From: Stegostoma tigrinum
Lineage: Eukaryota
DNA length: 64,000 nt
Direction of reading: 5' to 3'
Assembly: GCF_030684315.1 (NCBI RefSeq)
Contig: NC_081365.1
Span: 32,081,394 to 32,145,393, forward strand
Of this stretch, positions 1 to 11,215 are shown in pieces (position 1 is the first letter of the stretch; every line of letters starts with the position of its first letter). The position numbers and the translations under genes were made by a program. The notes beneath the pieces are model-generated. The model searched no databases. It saw nothing but the letters and a program-made list of their open reading frames with translations, and had not been told where the DNA came from.

Positions 1-950
1 TCTTATCTTCAGCAGTCCCTTTTCACCTGCTTATCCACAGCCCTGGTCAAAGGATGGGCAGCAGGTTATCGGCAATCCAGCCAGGGATTACACAATAGTG
101 TCATGAAGCATAATCACAGTGGGTATCCCTTGGGTCCCAGTAACCAACCTTGTATGGTTCCTGGGCCCTAAAATAAATAAGATTCACAAGGGTGTTCCAG
201 CAACATGAGTTAATGCAGCTGCCATGGTGGTGGGCATGCACTTCCAGGAAGTGGTAATGATGATCACAGATCACTGGAACATCAATGAAATGGAAGCCTT
301 TCCACAATGTTGTGATATGGCCCTTTCAGTGCCATGAGCAGTCAATGGCACCCTGCACTTTGAGGCTGGCCGATATGTTCCTGACCCCTGTTTCCTCGGC
401 TTTACTGTTCACCTCAACATCGGGGAAGGAAAATGAACCAGTGTCACCTTGAGTAGATAGCATTGGCCATTGTCTTGTTCCCATAAATGTGAGAGATCCC
501 TTCAGGTTGCCCATCGCTCCTTGTAAGAAGCCAATTACATAAAAGCTTAAGATAATAAAATGTGAGGCTGGATGAACACAGCAGGCCAAGCAGCATCTCA
601 GGAGCACAAAAGCTGACGTTTCGGGCCTAGACCCTTCATCAGAGGTGATGAAGGGTCTAGGCCCGAAACGTCAGCTTTTGTGCTCCTGAGATGCTGCTTG
701 GCCTGCTGTGTTCATCCAGCCTCACATTTTATTATCTTGGAATCTCCAGCATCTGCAGTTCCCATTATCTCTCTCTACATAAAAGCTTAAAGCAGCTTTT
801 GTCTTCACAGTCACTAGGAGGAGACAATGGCCTTCTACTTCTGCGACCCTCAGGTCCTGCTCCAACATCTGATACAGTTCCATCACAGTGCCCTGGGGCA
901 TACAATGCTGTGCCTTTCTCATCCCCAAGAAAGAGAGTCAGGGCACTTCC
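1..950 (-). mobile_element. Degenerate PIF/Harbinger (HARBI1-like) transposase relic, interrupted by a Penelope insertion
   Basis: Frameshifted minus-strand peptides ...ELYQMLEQDL...VKTKAALSFY|VIGFLQG...KVQGAIDC...KGFHFIDVPVICDH...GWLLGPKGYP match the Harbinger DDE nuclease motifs (VQGAIDCTH, RKGFHSINVQLVCD, WLLGDxGYP). Confidence 0.8.
551..775. mobile_element. Penelope-like terminal-repeat insertion, inverted pair, with hammerhead core
   Basis: Perfect 93-bp inverted arms 549-641/646-738; 15-bp TSD TACATAAAAGCTTAA at 536-550 and 776-790; CTGATGA..GAAACGTC core on - strand 615-642. Confidence 0.9.
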
Positions 951-1282
951 TTAGGGAGGCATCCACAGCAACCAACATTCCACCTATAACAAGGTACATG
1001 ACACTTGCTATGACCTAGGTAGAGAACATAAGAAATAAAAGATGTTCTTACCTCTGAGGATAGTCAGTGATAGCATACCCTGTAGATGCAAGCTGCACAC
1101 ACTCAGCCACACAGTGAGACCCACAGCACCCTGATAATGAGGGCCATGTCTCCATCTTTCATCCATCTTCAGCCTTAGCATGTGCACCAATTTGGTGAAG
1201 GTTCTGCATCAGCTGAGTGACCAACACATTTTGTAAACAGGAGTTCCTGTTGTGCTCTGAAGCCTTCTCAACACAGCCCATA

Positions 1283-2990
1283 AAATCTTAAAGTTTAGCA
1301 TTGCATTCATTCATGTCCATCATAAGGTTTCTCCTACCAAAGTGGACAACCATATATTTACCACATAGCCCACTTAACTCTGCCCACATCCTCCTGAAGC
1401 TACTTTATATCTTCATCACAACAGACATTGTGATTTAATTTAGTATAGCCTGAAATTTTGGAAATACTATTTGGTCCCCTTATCTATTTTTGTTTTATAT
1501 TCAGATATGCTTTCATGCACAATTGCAATTTTTCGCTGTACTTTTCATCCATTATCTATGACCTTTAAATTACCTGCACTTTCCATGGATCAATTTCCAC
1601 ACAAAGTCTGAGAAAGGCAATTGGATCCCACATCGAAATCATTGATAAACATTGTGAACTTCTGGGTCAAAATATTGATCATTGTGGTGTCTCAATCCAA
1701 AAAGCTTGCCAACGCAGGAATCACCAATTACTTCCAACTTTGTGTTTTCTGTCTGTTGGCAAATCATTAATCCATGCCTGTCCATTACCTCCCATACCAT
1801 GTGCTTTAATTTTTCTAACCAGCCTCCAGTGGTGGACTTTATCAAAATCATTCTGAAAATGTAAGTATATCATATCCATCAAATACCCTATATCAATTTT
1901 GTTAGTACCACCTCCAAAAGCTGCAACATGCTCATCAAAACATGATTTCCTAGTCACAAGTCATACTGACTATTCCAAATCGAGTTATTGTTAACCAGGT
2001 ATTTATCTATTCTATCCTTTATAATATATTCTAGCATTTTCCCTATGACTGATGTAAAGCTACCAGGTCTGTCATTCCCTGTATTTTCTCTTACTCCTTT
2101 ACTAAATTAGGGGAGTAAAATTTCCTGCCTTCCAAACTGCTGGTATTGTTTCAGATATAGAATTTTGGAAGATATTCACCAATGTATTAATCATCTCTAT
2201 AGCCACTTCCTTTAACAGTCTGGGATGTAGGCCATCAGGTCCTGGAGATATTATCAACTTTTAGTCCCATTGTGATATTAATTTCCTTGAACTCCTCATT
2301 TCAGCCAGCACTTGGATCTTTGTAGAAGATTCCTGTTATCTTCTTCAGAGAAAAGGGGCACTAGGAATCATTTAGCTTTTCTGCCATTTATCTGTTCCCC
2401 ACTAACTGACTCAGCCTGTAATGACCCACATTTATAATTTTGCCAAATGTTCCCTTTCTGTGGACATATAGAAGCTTTTAGAGTTTTTTTTAATGCTTGT
2501 TACCAGATTGCATTCCTACCCTACTCTCCATATTGATTCCCCTCCCCATCCCCCTCTCTGATGAAGGGTCTAGGCCTGAAACGTCAGCTTTTGTGCTCCT
2601 GAGATGCTGCTTGGCCTGCTGTGTTCATCCAGCCTCACATTTTATTATCTCCATATTGATTTATTAATTTTCCTTTGTGGTAATCCAAAAATCTCCCCAT
2701 ATTGTTGCTTTTCTTTTGCTCATTGTACAAAATTAAAATAAATAGGCAATCATGAACTTCCTTTGTTAGCCACAGTTAACCGACTTTTTTTTGAGTTTGT
2801 GCACCTTGAAGAAATGTACAGTTGCTGCAAGCCTTTAATAGTTTTTCAAAGACTATGTAGAGTGATGCCATTTAATGTATTTTTCCAACCTACCTCAGCC
2901 AATCTTCAGAATGATCTACTCCCTTTTCAAACAGAGTTCTGTCATATTGTGCCCAATCATCCTTAAAGGTACTTCCACAGCAAAATTATT
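1283..2990 (-). mobile_element. CR1 LINE ORF2 (reverse transcriptase) remnant
   Basis: Minus-strand peptides MDMIYLHFQNDFDKVHH and KIKAHGMGG resemble CR1 RT (VDVVYLDFQKAFDKVPH); many stops and frameshifts. Confidence 0.8.
2539..2647 (+). mobile_element. Short Penelope-like terminal repeat with hammerhead core, nested in CR1
   Basis: CTGATGAAGGGTCTAGGCCTGAAACGTC at 2558-2585; 14-bp TSD TCTCCATATTGATT at 2525-2538 and 2648-2661. Confidence 0.88.
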
Positions 2991-3534
2991 AATTAGCTTT
3001 TTTTCTTTAGATGATATTTGATCTAAAATAGTATGTTCTCTGCATAGCTCCTCAACTTGATCCTTCCACCAAAGGCTTCCATATATATCCTTTGGTTATT
3101 GATCTCTCTGCTAATGAAAATAGGTCCTTCATCTCCAGTTTAACTTTGTTTTAATTGCTTCACAGATTATGGCCAGAATTTGTTGTTGGTCGCCAAATTC
3201 CCTTTGCATGATGGTGATGCACTATCTTCTGAAACCACCCAGTGTAGGCACATCACCTGTGCTGCTGGGAAGGGAGTTCTTGGATTTAGATTCTAAAGAA
3301 ACTTTGATGTTGACGGAACAGCAATACGCCATGATTTAGCTTCCTGTTAGTTTGATAATAAATCCACTATTGGCTTCCTCAGTTCCCAATAAACCATAGT
3401 CTGTACACTTTGCCACACAGTTAAAATTTTCCATGGATGGAAGTATCATTGTGAATCACCTCTCTACTCTCTCTAATGTGATCACTTTGTTCCTGTAATG
3501 CCCAACACACCCATTATATGTTACTTGTAGCTGT

Positions 3535-3763
3535 TGGAATAACTGCACAGAAACTGGTATCCTGTCATCAAGTCCCCCTCTACTTTCATGTGCGGGGTAC
3601 ATGGACTTTGACCAGCCAGCTCAGAGTCAGTCCCTAGAATGAAGAGACTCTCTGAGTCTGTTTATATCTGCCAGCCAGGGCTCCCTGATTGATCGAGGCT
3701 GTTAACTTTGATCAAGGATCTCAAACTCAATGAGATCTACCAGCCTTTGTCCCAGCCACTACA
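3535..3763 (-). mobile_element. Solo LTR (probably Gypsy-type)
   Basis: TG...CA termini flanked by a 4-bp TSD CTGT (3531-3534, 3764-3767); TATA-like GATATAAA on the - strand. Confidence 0.7.
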
Positions 3764-3879
3764 CTGTGTGTTTCTTTTATACAGTTATAGAAGAATAGCA
3801 TCCCTGCTTGTATATAGTAGGCCATGGCCAGTAATGCCTTCTGGACTATCTCACCAATGCCTTGCTTCTGGTGATCTAT

Positions 3880-4360
3880 GGATGCATACTTTGTGGTTCT
3901 GAACAATTTTCAGAATCCTACCATTCCTTGTGTATTACACTGACTGTTTTTCTCCAATATATGACCTCATATTTCTCTGAATTGAATTCTATTTGCCACT
4001 TCTTTGAGCCACCTGACCAAGACTTTTGCTGGTTTGGTGCAAACCTACAGTTTTCTTTTTCACTACCAACGCACACCATTTTTGCATCATCCACTTAACT
4101 TAGGCCCCTCTATTTTACGTCTGAATATTGGAAATACACAATGAACAGCAGAGATTGAATGCTGAGTCCTGCACAACATTACTGAAAACAGGAATCCTGT
4201 CACAAAAACATCTGTCAACACTTGACAATATTTGACCCAACATGCCACTTCCCCTTGGAATCTTTGTGATTTCAAGTAAATGATCAGTCTTCTACGCGGA
4301 ACCTTTTTAAAAACTTGGCAAAAAAAAACTCATTGAAAACTATATCTAATGCACTATCTG
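3880..4360 (-). mobile_element. Old CR1 RT fragment
   Basis: Degenerate similarity to the RT segments of other CR1 copies in the window. Confidence 0.55.
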
Positions 4361-7003
4361 TATCAACTAGTCATACTGGCCTAACCTTTCATACTTCATT
4401 GGTATGTCACAGTAAGACTGAGTTCTTAATTCTTAACTCAAATTTATACTGAATTATGAAAGAGCCCAGCAGTAAAGGTCAAAGCTGGAAACAGAACAGC
4501 TAATTGCACTTTAAGCAATTAATCACCCACTGCTACTTCAAGCCCTTTCATATTTAAGGTAGAAAATAAACAGCTCCTAACAGTAAAATAGATGAATGAA
4601 AATGTCAATAGTTGTATTCTAATCACTCCTTATCAGTTCCATTCTCTTCTGACCTTTCGTGCTCCATTAGTTGCTTGAAGGCTGAATTAATACAACTATT
4701 GCAACTTTCAGCTCCATGTTGCTCAATTTTGAATTAAATAAATACTGACTAAATTTTAATTTTGTGGAATATAAATTCACAACACTAAACGAGTTTTATT
4801 TGCATGACAGTCTGAAATGCTTCAGTGAGTAAAAATTTGCAGATGTTGAAAAAGATAAACACTTTTGTTCAGAGCAAGTAAAATGATATTCGTTTAACAC
4901 AAACCAGCTATAAACAGCTCTTGGTCTTTGTATCATCCAATCCAAATAACTTTATTTCATTACAACTATCATATCAGCCCATTGTAATCTGCCTTTGTAG
5001 GAGTCACATTACATAGCAAAATAACTTATCTGATAAGAGAATAAAAATATGTGATTAGATACCTCATGACATTAATATGCTAGTACAAGATTGCTAATGA
5101 TTTTCAAATAATTAACAAAAATGAAGCAGAAATCATCTGAAAAATAACTAATTGAGAGTGAAACACATATTCTGGCAAGAGCTGTTGCACCGGATTCAAT
5201 CTCAACATTTGGTTCCAACTAAGTGTAGCCCCGCAATGATGTCTATTTAAACTGCACACCAGCTCACGATTCTAGCCCTTCAAAAATCAGAACAAAGGTA
5301 CGTTTCCAAAGTCTGTTGATGTTTGTATCAGTGTAAAGCAGTGTGAGTCATGCAGTGATGGAAAAAATGAGACTGGGTGCCAAAATTAAATTGCAGTTAT
5401 CTGAGATAATATGCATGTGACACACTTTAAAGCAAGGAAAACCTTGGTATAGATGGAAGATTTCTACTGCAAATAAATGACTAACATCATAACCAATGTG
5501 TATGCCATTTCACAGTTTCTGTTCATAGATGATGCTTTTCCTGCTTTGAAAAGCATGTTCACTGGCTACATTAATGCTCCAAAATAGTTTGATGAAGAAA
5601 TCAAATTATAGCAGACTAGTGGCAATTTGGAGCAATCCTTAGCTCTGAAATATATTTGTGCAAGCTCATTTGCAGTGCTGGAAGAGGAAGGAAGCAACAC
5701 AGTGATATTATAATCAGATGTGCTCTAGTTTCACAGCAGCCCCTTACACGAGTAGCTATAAAAGAGAATTTGAGCCTTCAACATCAGAACTTGAGAGATT
5801 CCAGGAGTTTGCCTAAAAGCTGAAATTAATTAACAGTCAATCAATTGTTTCTTGCGCTTTTTCCTTCCTGAAGCAGATGAAATAAGTGGCACTGGAATTT
5901 AAAAGTGTAAGTAGCATGTAATGAATTTACATTCTCAAATAATTTTGCTCTCATCTGTAGATATATCGATATGTTGGCACTACCCTGATCAGCAAGTCTT
6001 GGCAGCTTCAATTAAATGATTAATTTCCATTCATTTGCAGGTCACTAGGCAGCCTCACATAGAAACGTGAGTGAGTTTTTGTTTTCCTGACCTTTGACAA
6101 TGAATGATCTATTATTTGTGATCAGTGAACAATTCTTTATCTTCTAAATCAATGGATGCATTTGATAATGCCTCAGAGAAAATCAAGCAGGTGATCCCAG
6201 AATGTAGGGAGTTTAATTATGAGAAAAAAAACTTGAATTTAGATTTATTGGAAATTTTCATCTTTTTTTCAATCACTGAGGAGTTGGTGAAGATAGATTC
6301 AATCCAAGTCTTTAAAAGGAAATTAGATAAACATTGGGCTATTGTTAAAGGTTTGGGAAATAGAGATAGTTAAAATACTCTTGTGAAGAGTTAGCATGAT
6401 GTCAATAGGCCAATCGTCTTATTCCCCGACCATTATGATTCTATGCTGTAATAGGAGAGGGCTGAATTGGACATTTGAAACTTCGCTTGGCAACAAAGGG
6501 GCTGCACATGTTTAGATTGACCCCTAAAAGATAAGAGACTGATGTAACCAGGGCCAAAGGTTGGTGTTGGTGTTGGGATAACAAAGTTAGATTATTTTTC
6601 TTATCCTAGCGTGCTGAATGGTAGGAAACTTTGGTTTAGTTGCATTTACATTTGGACAAGAAAACAAGCCAAGAAAGTGAAAATTATAAAAATCCATTAA
6701 CTGGAAGCATGATAGCAACACAAAATCATGTTCATGAAAAGGAAATAGTTACTATCCACCAATACGTGTTATTTGTCAAAGAAATTCTTGTTAATTCCAC
6801 AGTGTACTACATCCTTGAAAGCAGTGAGTAAAAAAAAAGTCATTAACTTATTATTGTTTGTAAATATTTGATTAATTACATTCATGTGATGTGAATGTCA
6901 AAAGCATTTATATAGCCCTGATACAATTTGGTTCTAGTGTGAAATATCATAAGTATTTCTCTGATCCTGGGGTAATGAAAGAATAAAAACTGACAGACCT
7001 CAA

Positions 7004-7580
7004 GGAAGGTGGTGGTTAAAGGATAGTCACTGGACTAATAACCCAGGGGCTCAGAAAAATATTCTTGGGGGTGTGGGTTTAAATTCCACCATAGCAGATT
7101 ATGCTTGTTTCACCGAGAATGTAGGAGAAATTCAACAGGTCTGGCAACATCTGTACAGAGAAAAAGCGAGGTAATGTTTCAAGTCGGGTATGACTCTCCA
7201 AGAACTAAGTCAAACTGGACTCGAAATGTTAGCTGTTTGTCTCTTCACAGATACTGTCTAAACTGTTGCATTTCACCAGAATTTGCAGTATTTTGCTTCT
7301 ACGGCAGATCATGAAATTTGAATTGAACAAAAACCTGGAATTAAATCAAAAGCTAGTCCAATCATTGGTCATCATTGTAGCCATCATTGACGGTCATAAA
7401 AACTCATCTGATTCAGTAATGTCCTTTAGGGAAGGAAATCTACCTTCCTTACCTGGTCTGTCCTATATGTGACTGAAAAGCCACAGCGATGTGGTTGACT
7501 CTCAACTGCTCTATGAGCTATTAGCAATGGACAATAAATGCTGGCCCAGCCAGCAATACCTTATCCTATAGATGAATAAA
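7004..7580 (+). mobile_element. tRNA-derived SINE (second family) interrupted by an old Penelope-like inverted insertion (~7110-7305)
   Basis: Homologous to 52965-53305 (gtcctttagggaaggaaat...aataaatgctggc tail); internal insert resembles 51591-51800. Confidence 0.7.
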
Positions 7581-8892
7581 AATAATCATAGTCTATAACC
7601 TTTACACGTTTAATAATGGCAAAAAATGAATCATTAGCAAGAAAATCTATGAGGCAAATTTTATATAACTACAAAAGAAAACTCAAGTCTCAGTTGCAAA
7701 TTATTAGGATGCCATAGCTTAGTAATCCTACCACCAATATTAAACTTGGAGCAGCGGCTGTGCCCTAAGTACAGATCTGCTGATTCTCAGATCTCAGAAC
7801 CCAAAGATTAATTATTTATAAATTTTCTTTAAATTAAAGTTGTTGAATGAAATTAATGATTTCCAGATCTCAAAGGGTATACGTGCGTTTGGACAGAAAC
7901 TTTCATTGATTATTTTCAGAGGAAAACAAACAGGCTCTCCCCACAGCCTCACAGAATGGTTTCCCTGCAGAAAATCTACCTAAAGCATTTAGAGGTAGCA
8001 TCAAAGCATTGTCACAGGGTAGTCATTACATTTCACTCTAGGATCAATGTGTATTTTGTTGTAGTAAGTAAATTGAAGCAGCCTATACTGCGTAATTCCA
8101 AAGTTTTAATATCAGAAAACATCAAGGCCTACCATAGTAGATAGGTCAGATTTCTGACCTGTCAGAGAGAAAATTTTTTTTTACACACAACCTTGCCTTG
8201 GGAGTGAGAAGTGGTTCAATAGAGCCCATGTTATATTAGACTGTACACGATATATGGAAGACAAAATATAATCCACTTTTTAACTCCATGCTTATGTTCT
8301 AATAAGGAGATGCAAATTTATTTTATCGAATCTCTTCCATAAAAGTATATTTAAAGTTTATTCAACTTTCTGTATTGTCATCTTAATACTCAATTTGAGA
8401 CAAATTATGAACAGTTTGATGCTACATTTTCTCACACTGAGAAACTCTATCAAGATGGCTTCAAATGCATATTACACACAACAGCAACTTATATGTATAT
8501 AGCACATTGAATGTAACATGACATCCACAGGTGTTTATTTGTCAAAGATAAATTTGAGCACAAGTCATCCAGCGGCTTATTTTGAAGAAAATTGTGGTCA
8601 AAATAGTATAAAGTATTGTATAAATGCAGACTATTTCCCTATCAGCATTGCATGTAGTCACAGTCTTTCCATAATCCTATAAAATGCTTATTTTAGTACC
8701 ATTGACAAATGTATTGATTTTATTCCCATTCATTACTTGGTGCCTTAATGCATTATGAATAATATGATTAGAATAAATACATAAAATTTATTTGTTCTGA
8801 AATTATAGTGATTAAATTGATGCACAGTAATCTTCATTGGAAATGTTTGCCATAATACATTGGAATACCTTTTCCATTAATCCCACATTAGA

Positions 8893-9035
8893 TTCATAGA
8901 ATCTATACAGTGTAGAAATAGGCCATTCAGCCCAACAAGTAACTTTTCACAAACACAGTCATCCAAGGCTGGACTTAAACCTAGGTCCCCTGCGCTGAGA
9001 GGCAACAGTGCTAACCACTGAGGCACTGTGTTGCC
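8893..9035 (-). mobile_element. HE1-type V-SINE with internal deletion
   Basis: Both ends match the full copy at 36176-36528; the middle is missing. Confidence 0.65.
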
Positions 9036-9668
9036 TCAGTGTAAAAACTTAAAGAACTGCAGAACAGTTCTGAATCCAAATATTTTCATTTAGATAGAGG
9101 TGTTTCTATGTTACTGAAAGTTTTTGCAAATGTCTATTGTCCAGGTGGCAACTTAACAGAAATAGTATTAGGTTTAATTTTCACTGAATGGTTCGAAATG
9201 CTGCTGGCTTGTGATACTTTGTATCTTATTTGAAGTATTTTATTGAAACAGTGTATTGACATGTCTAATTAACTCAATTTAAAACCAATAAATCATCTGT
9301 ACAGCAAGAAAACCAAGCAACTGACAATAAGAGGTTTTACTATTTGCAGTGCAACACTGTATTTGTAGTTTGTACAGCTCTTAACATTCAAGAGCACAAA
9401 TGAGACTGTTGATATCAGTTGCAAAGCAGCAAGAATATTTAAATAAAACTTAAAAACTTACACGGTCAAGTCACCAGGTGGATGCTCAAATCGAGAACCA
9501 TAATCATAGAGACCAATGTCAAAAAGAACAATTTTGGAGTAGAGTGTGGGAGTTTACAAAATAATATGTTTGTTATTATGAGTGAAATTGCGTATAACAT
9601 ACAGGGATTATGATGGCATAACAACAATGTTAGTGGACTGGTATTCAAGAGGACCAAGCTAATGATCT

Positions 9669-9797
9669 CTGATGAAGGGTCTAGGCCCGAAACGTCAGCT
9701 TTTGTGCTCCTGAGATGCTGCTGGGCCTGCTGTGTTCATCCAGCCTCACATTTTATTATCTTGGATTCTCCAGCATCTGCAGTTCCCATTATCTCTT
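9669..9797 (+). mobile_element. Short Penelope-like terminal repeat with intact hammerhead core, inserted in a SINE (~9610-10195)
   Basis: CTGATGAAGGGTCTAGGCCCGAAACGTC at 9669-9696; flanking ATGATCT duplicate at 9662-9668 and 9798-9804. Confidence 0.85.
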
Positions 9798-10549
9798 ATG
9801 ATCTAGGGACATGGATTCCATTCCCACCATGGCAACTGGTAGAATTTAAATTCAATTACTAAATAAATTGGGATTTGAAAGCTAGCATTAGTCACGGTGA
9901 CCATGAACACTGATCGACTGCTCCATAAATCCTCTCTGGTTTGCTAATAGGGAAAGTAAAGTAACATTGTTACTTATTCAGGCTTATCCCTAGCTCCAGA
10001 TCCATAGCAATGTGGCTTACTTTGAATTGACCCCTAAAATATCCTTTTATGCCACTCAATTATATTGAAACACTACAGAAAAGTCACATCAGATGCACTG
10101 TGGCAGTTGACGACTGTGGGTCTTTAACACAATCCCAAGGGTAATTCAGGATGAACAGCAAGTACTGTCCTTGCCTGTGATGTGCATATCCCATGGAAAA
10201 CCACAATGTCCCACCATTCACTCATCCACTCTTCCTGAATTCCCTTATCCACAAAATCCAAACTGTACCTTGGGGCCCACTGCACCTAAAATGTTTGGTT
10301 GTTTATAGTTTGTTGGGAGTGAAAGTGTGCACTATGCACACATTGTGTATACACAGTTGGCCATTCCCAAAAGTCATTGGCTTTCTCTGACAATGCAGTC
10401 CCTTTGAAAAGTGACCGTTCACTGCAAATTAACAAAAATAAGGTAGGCAGCTTTCTACCAGATAAAACAGGAAATGAGAAATTACTGTCAATCATATCAG
10501 GAGAATAATCCTTTGTTAGTTCAGGATTTTAGCAGAAATAATACCGCTA

Positions 10550-11215
10550 TAGAGTCATATAGCACAGAAAAGCCCTACAGGAAATCAAGTCTTGTACTAA
10601 TTTATCTACTTTAATCCCACTTTCCAGCACTTGGCCCTTAGCTTTGAATGTAGTAACATTTCAAGATTCTATCATGCCCTTTTGAAAGATTGAAATTTCC
10701 CACCTGAAATACCCTCCCAGTTAGTGCATTCCAAATTCCCACCACCCTCTGGGTGAAGCAATATTTCCTCAAATCCCCTTTAAGCCCCCTGCCCCTCACC
10801 TTAAAATTACATCCCTTGTTATTGACCCTCCAGCTAAGAGGAACAGCTGTTTCCTATCTACCATCTCCAAGCCCCTCATAACATTACACACCTCAATCCA
10901 GTCCACCTACCCCGCCCCCACCCCCGCCACGTCCCTCCCCCACCCCCCAAGCACTCTCTGCTTGGAAGACAAACAACCTGAGTTTATCCAGCCTCTCTTC
11001 ATGGTAAAATTCTCTGGGAAACATCCAGTTTCTGAAAAAGGCTCTAAGCCCGAAATATCAGCCTTCCTGCTCTTCTGATGCTGCTTGGCCGGCTGTCTTC
11101 ATCCAGCTCTATACCTTGTTATCTCAGATTCTCCAGCATCTGCAGTTCCTACTATCTCTGAAACGTCCTGGTAAATCTCCCCTGCATTCCCTCCACTGTG
11201 ACCACATCCTTCCAA
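10550..11215 (-). mobile_element. CR1 3' end remnant with nested Penelope-like repeat (~11030-11160)
   Basis: Similar to the reverse complement of other CR1 3' ends; nested copy has a degenerate CTGAAAA..GAAATATC core and the long tail. Confidence 0.65.

Noticed and set aside
326-954. Recurrent short ORFs containing LLRCCLACCVHPASHF
   Set aside because: Translations of the dispersed Penelope terminal repeat
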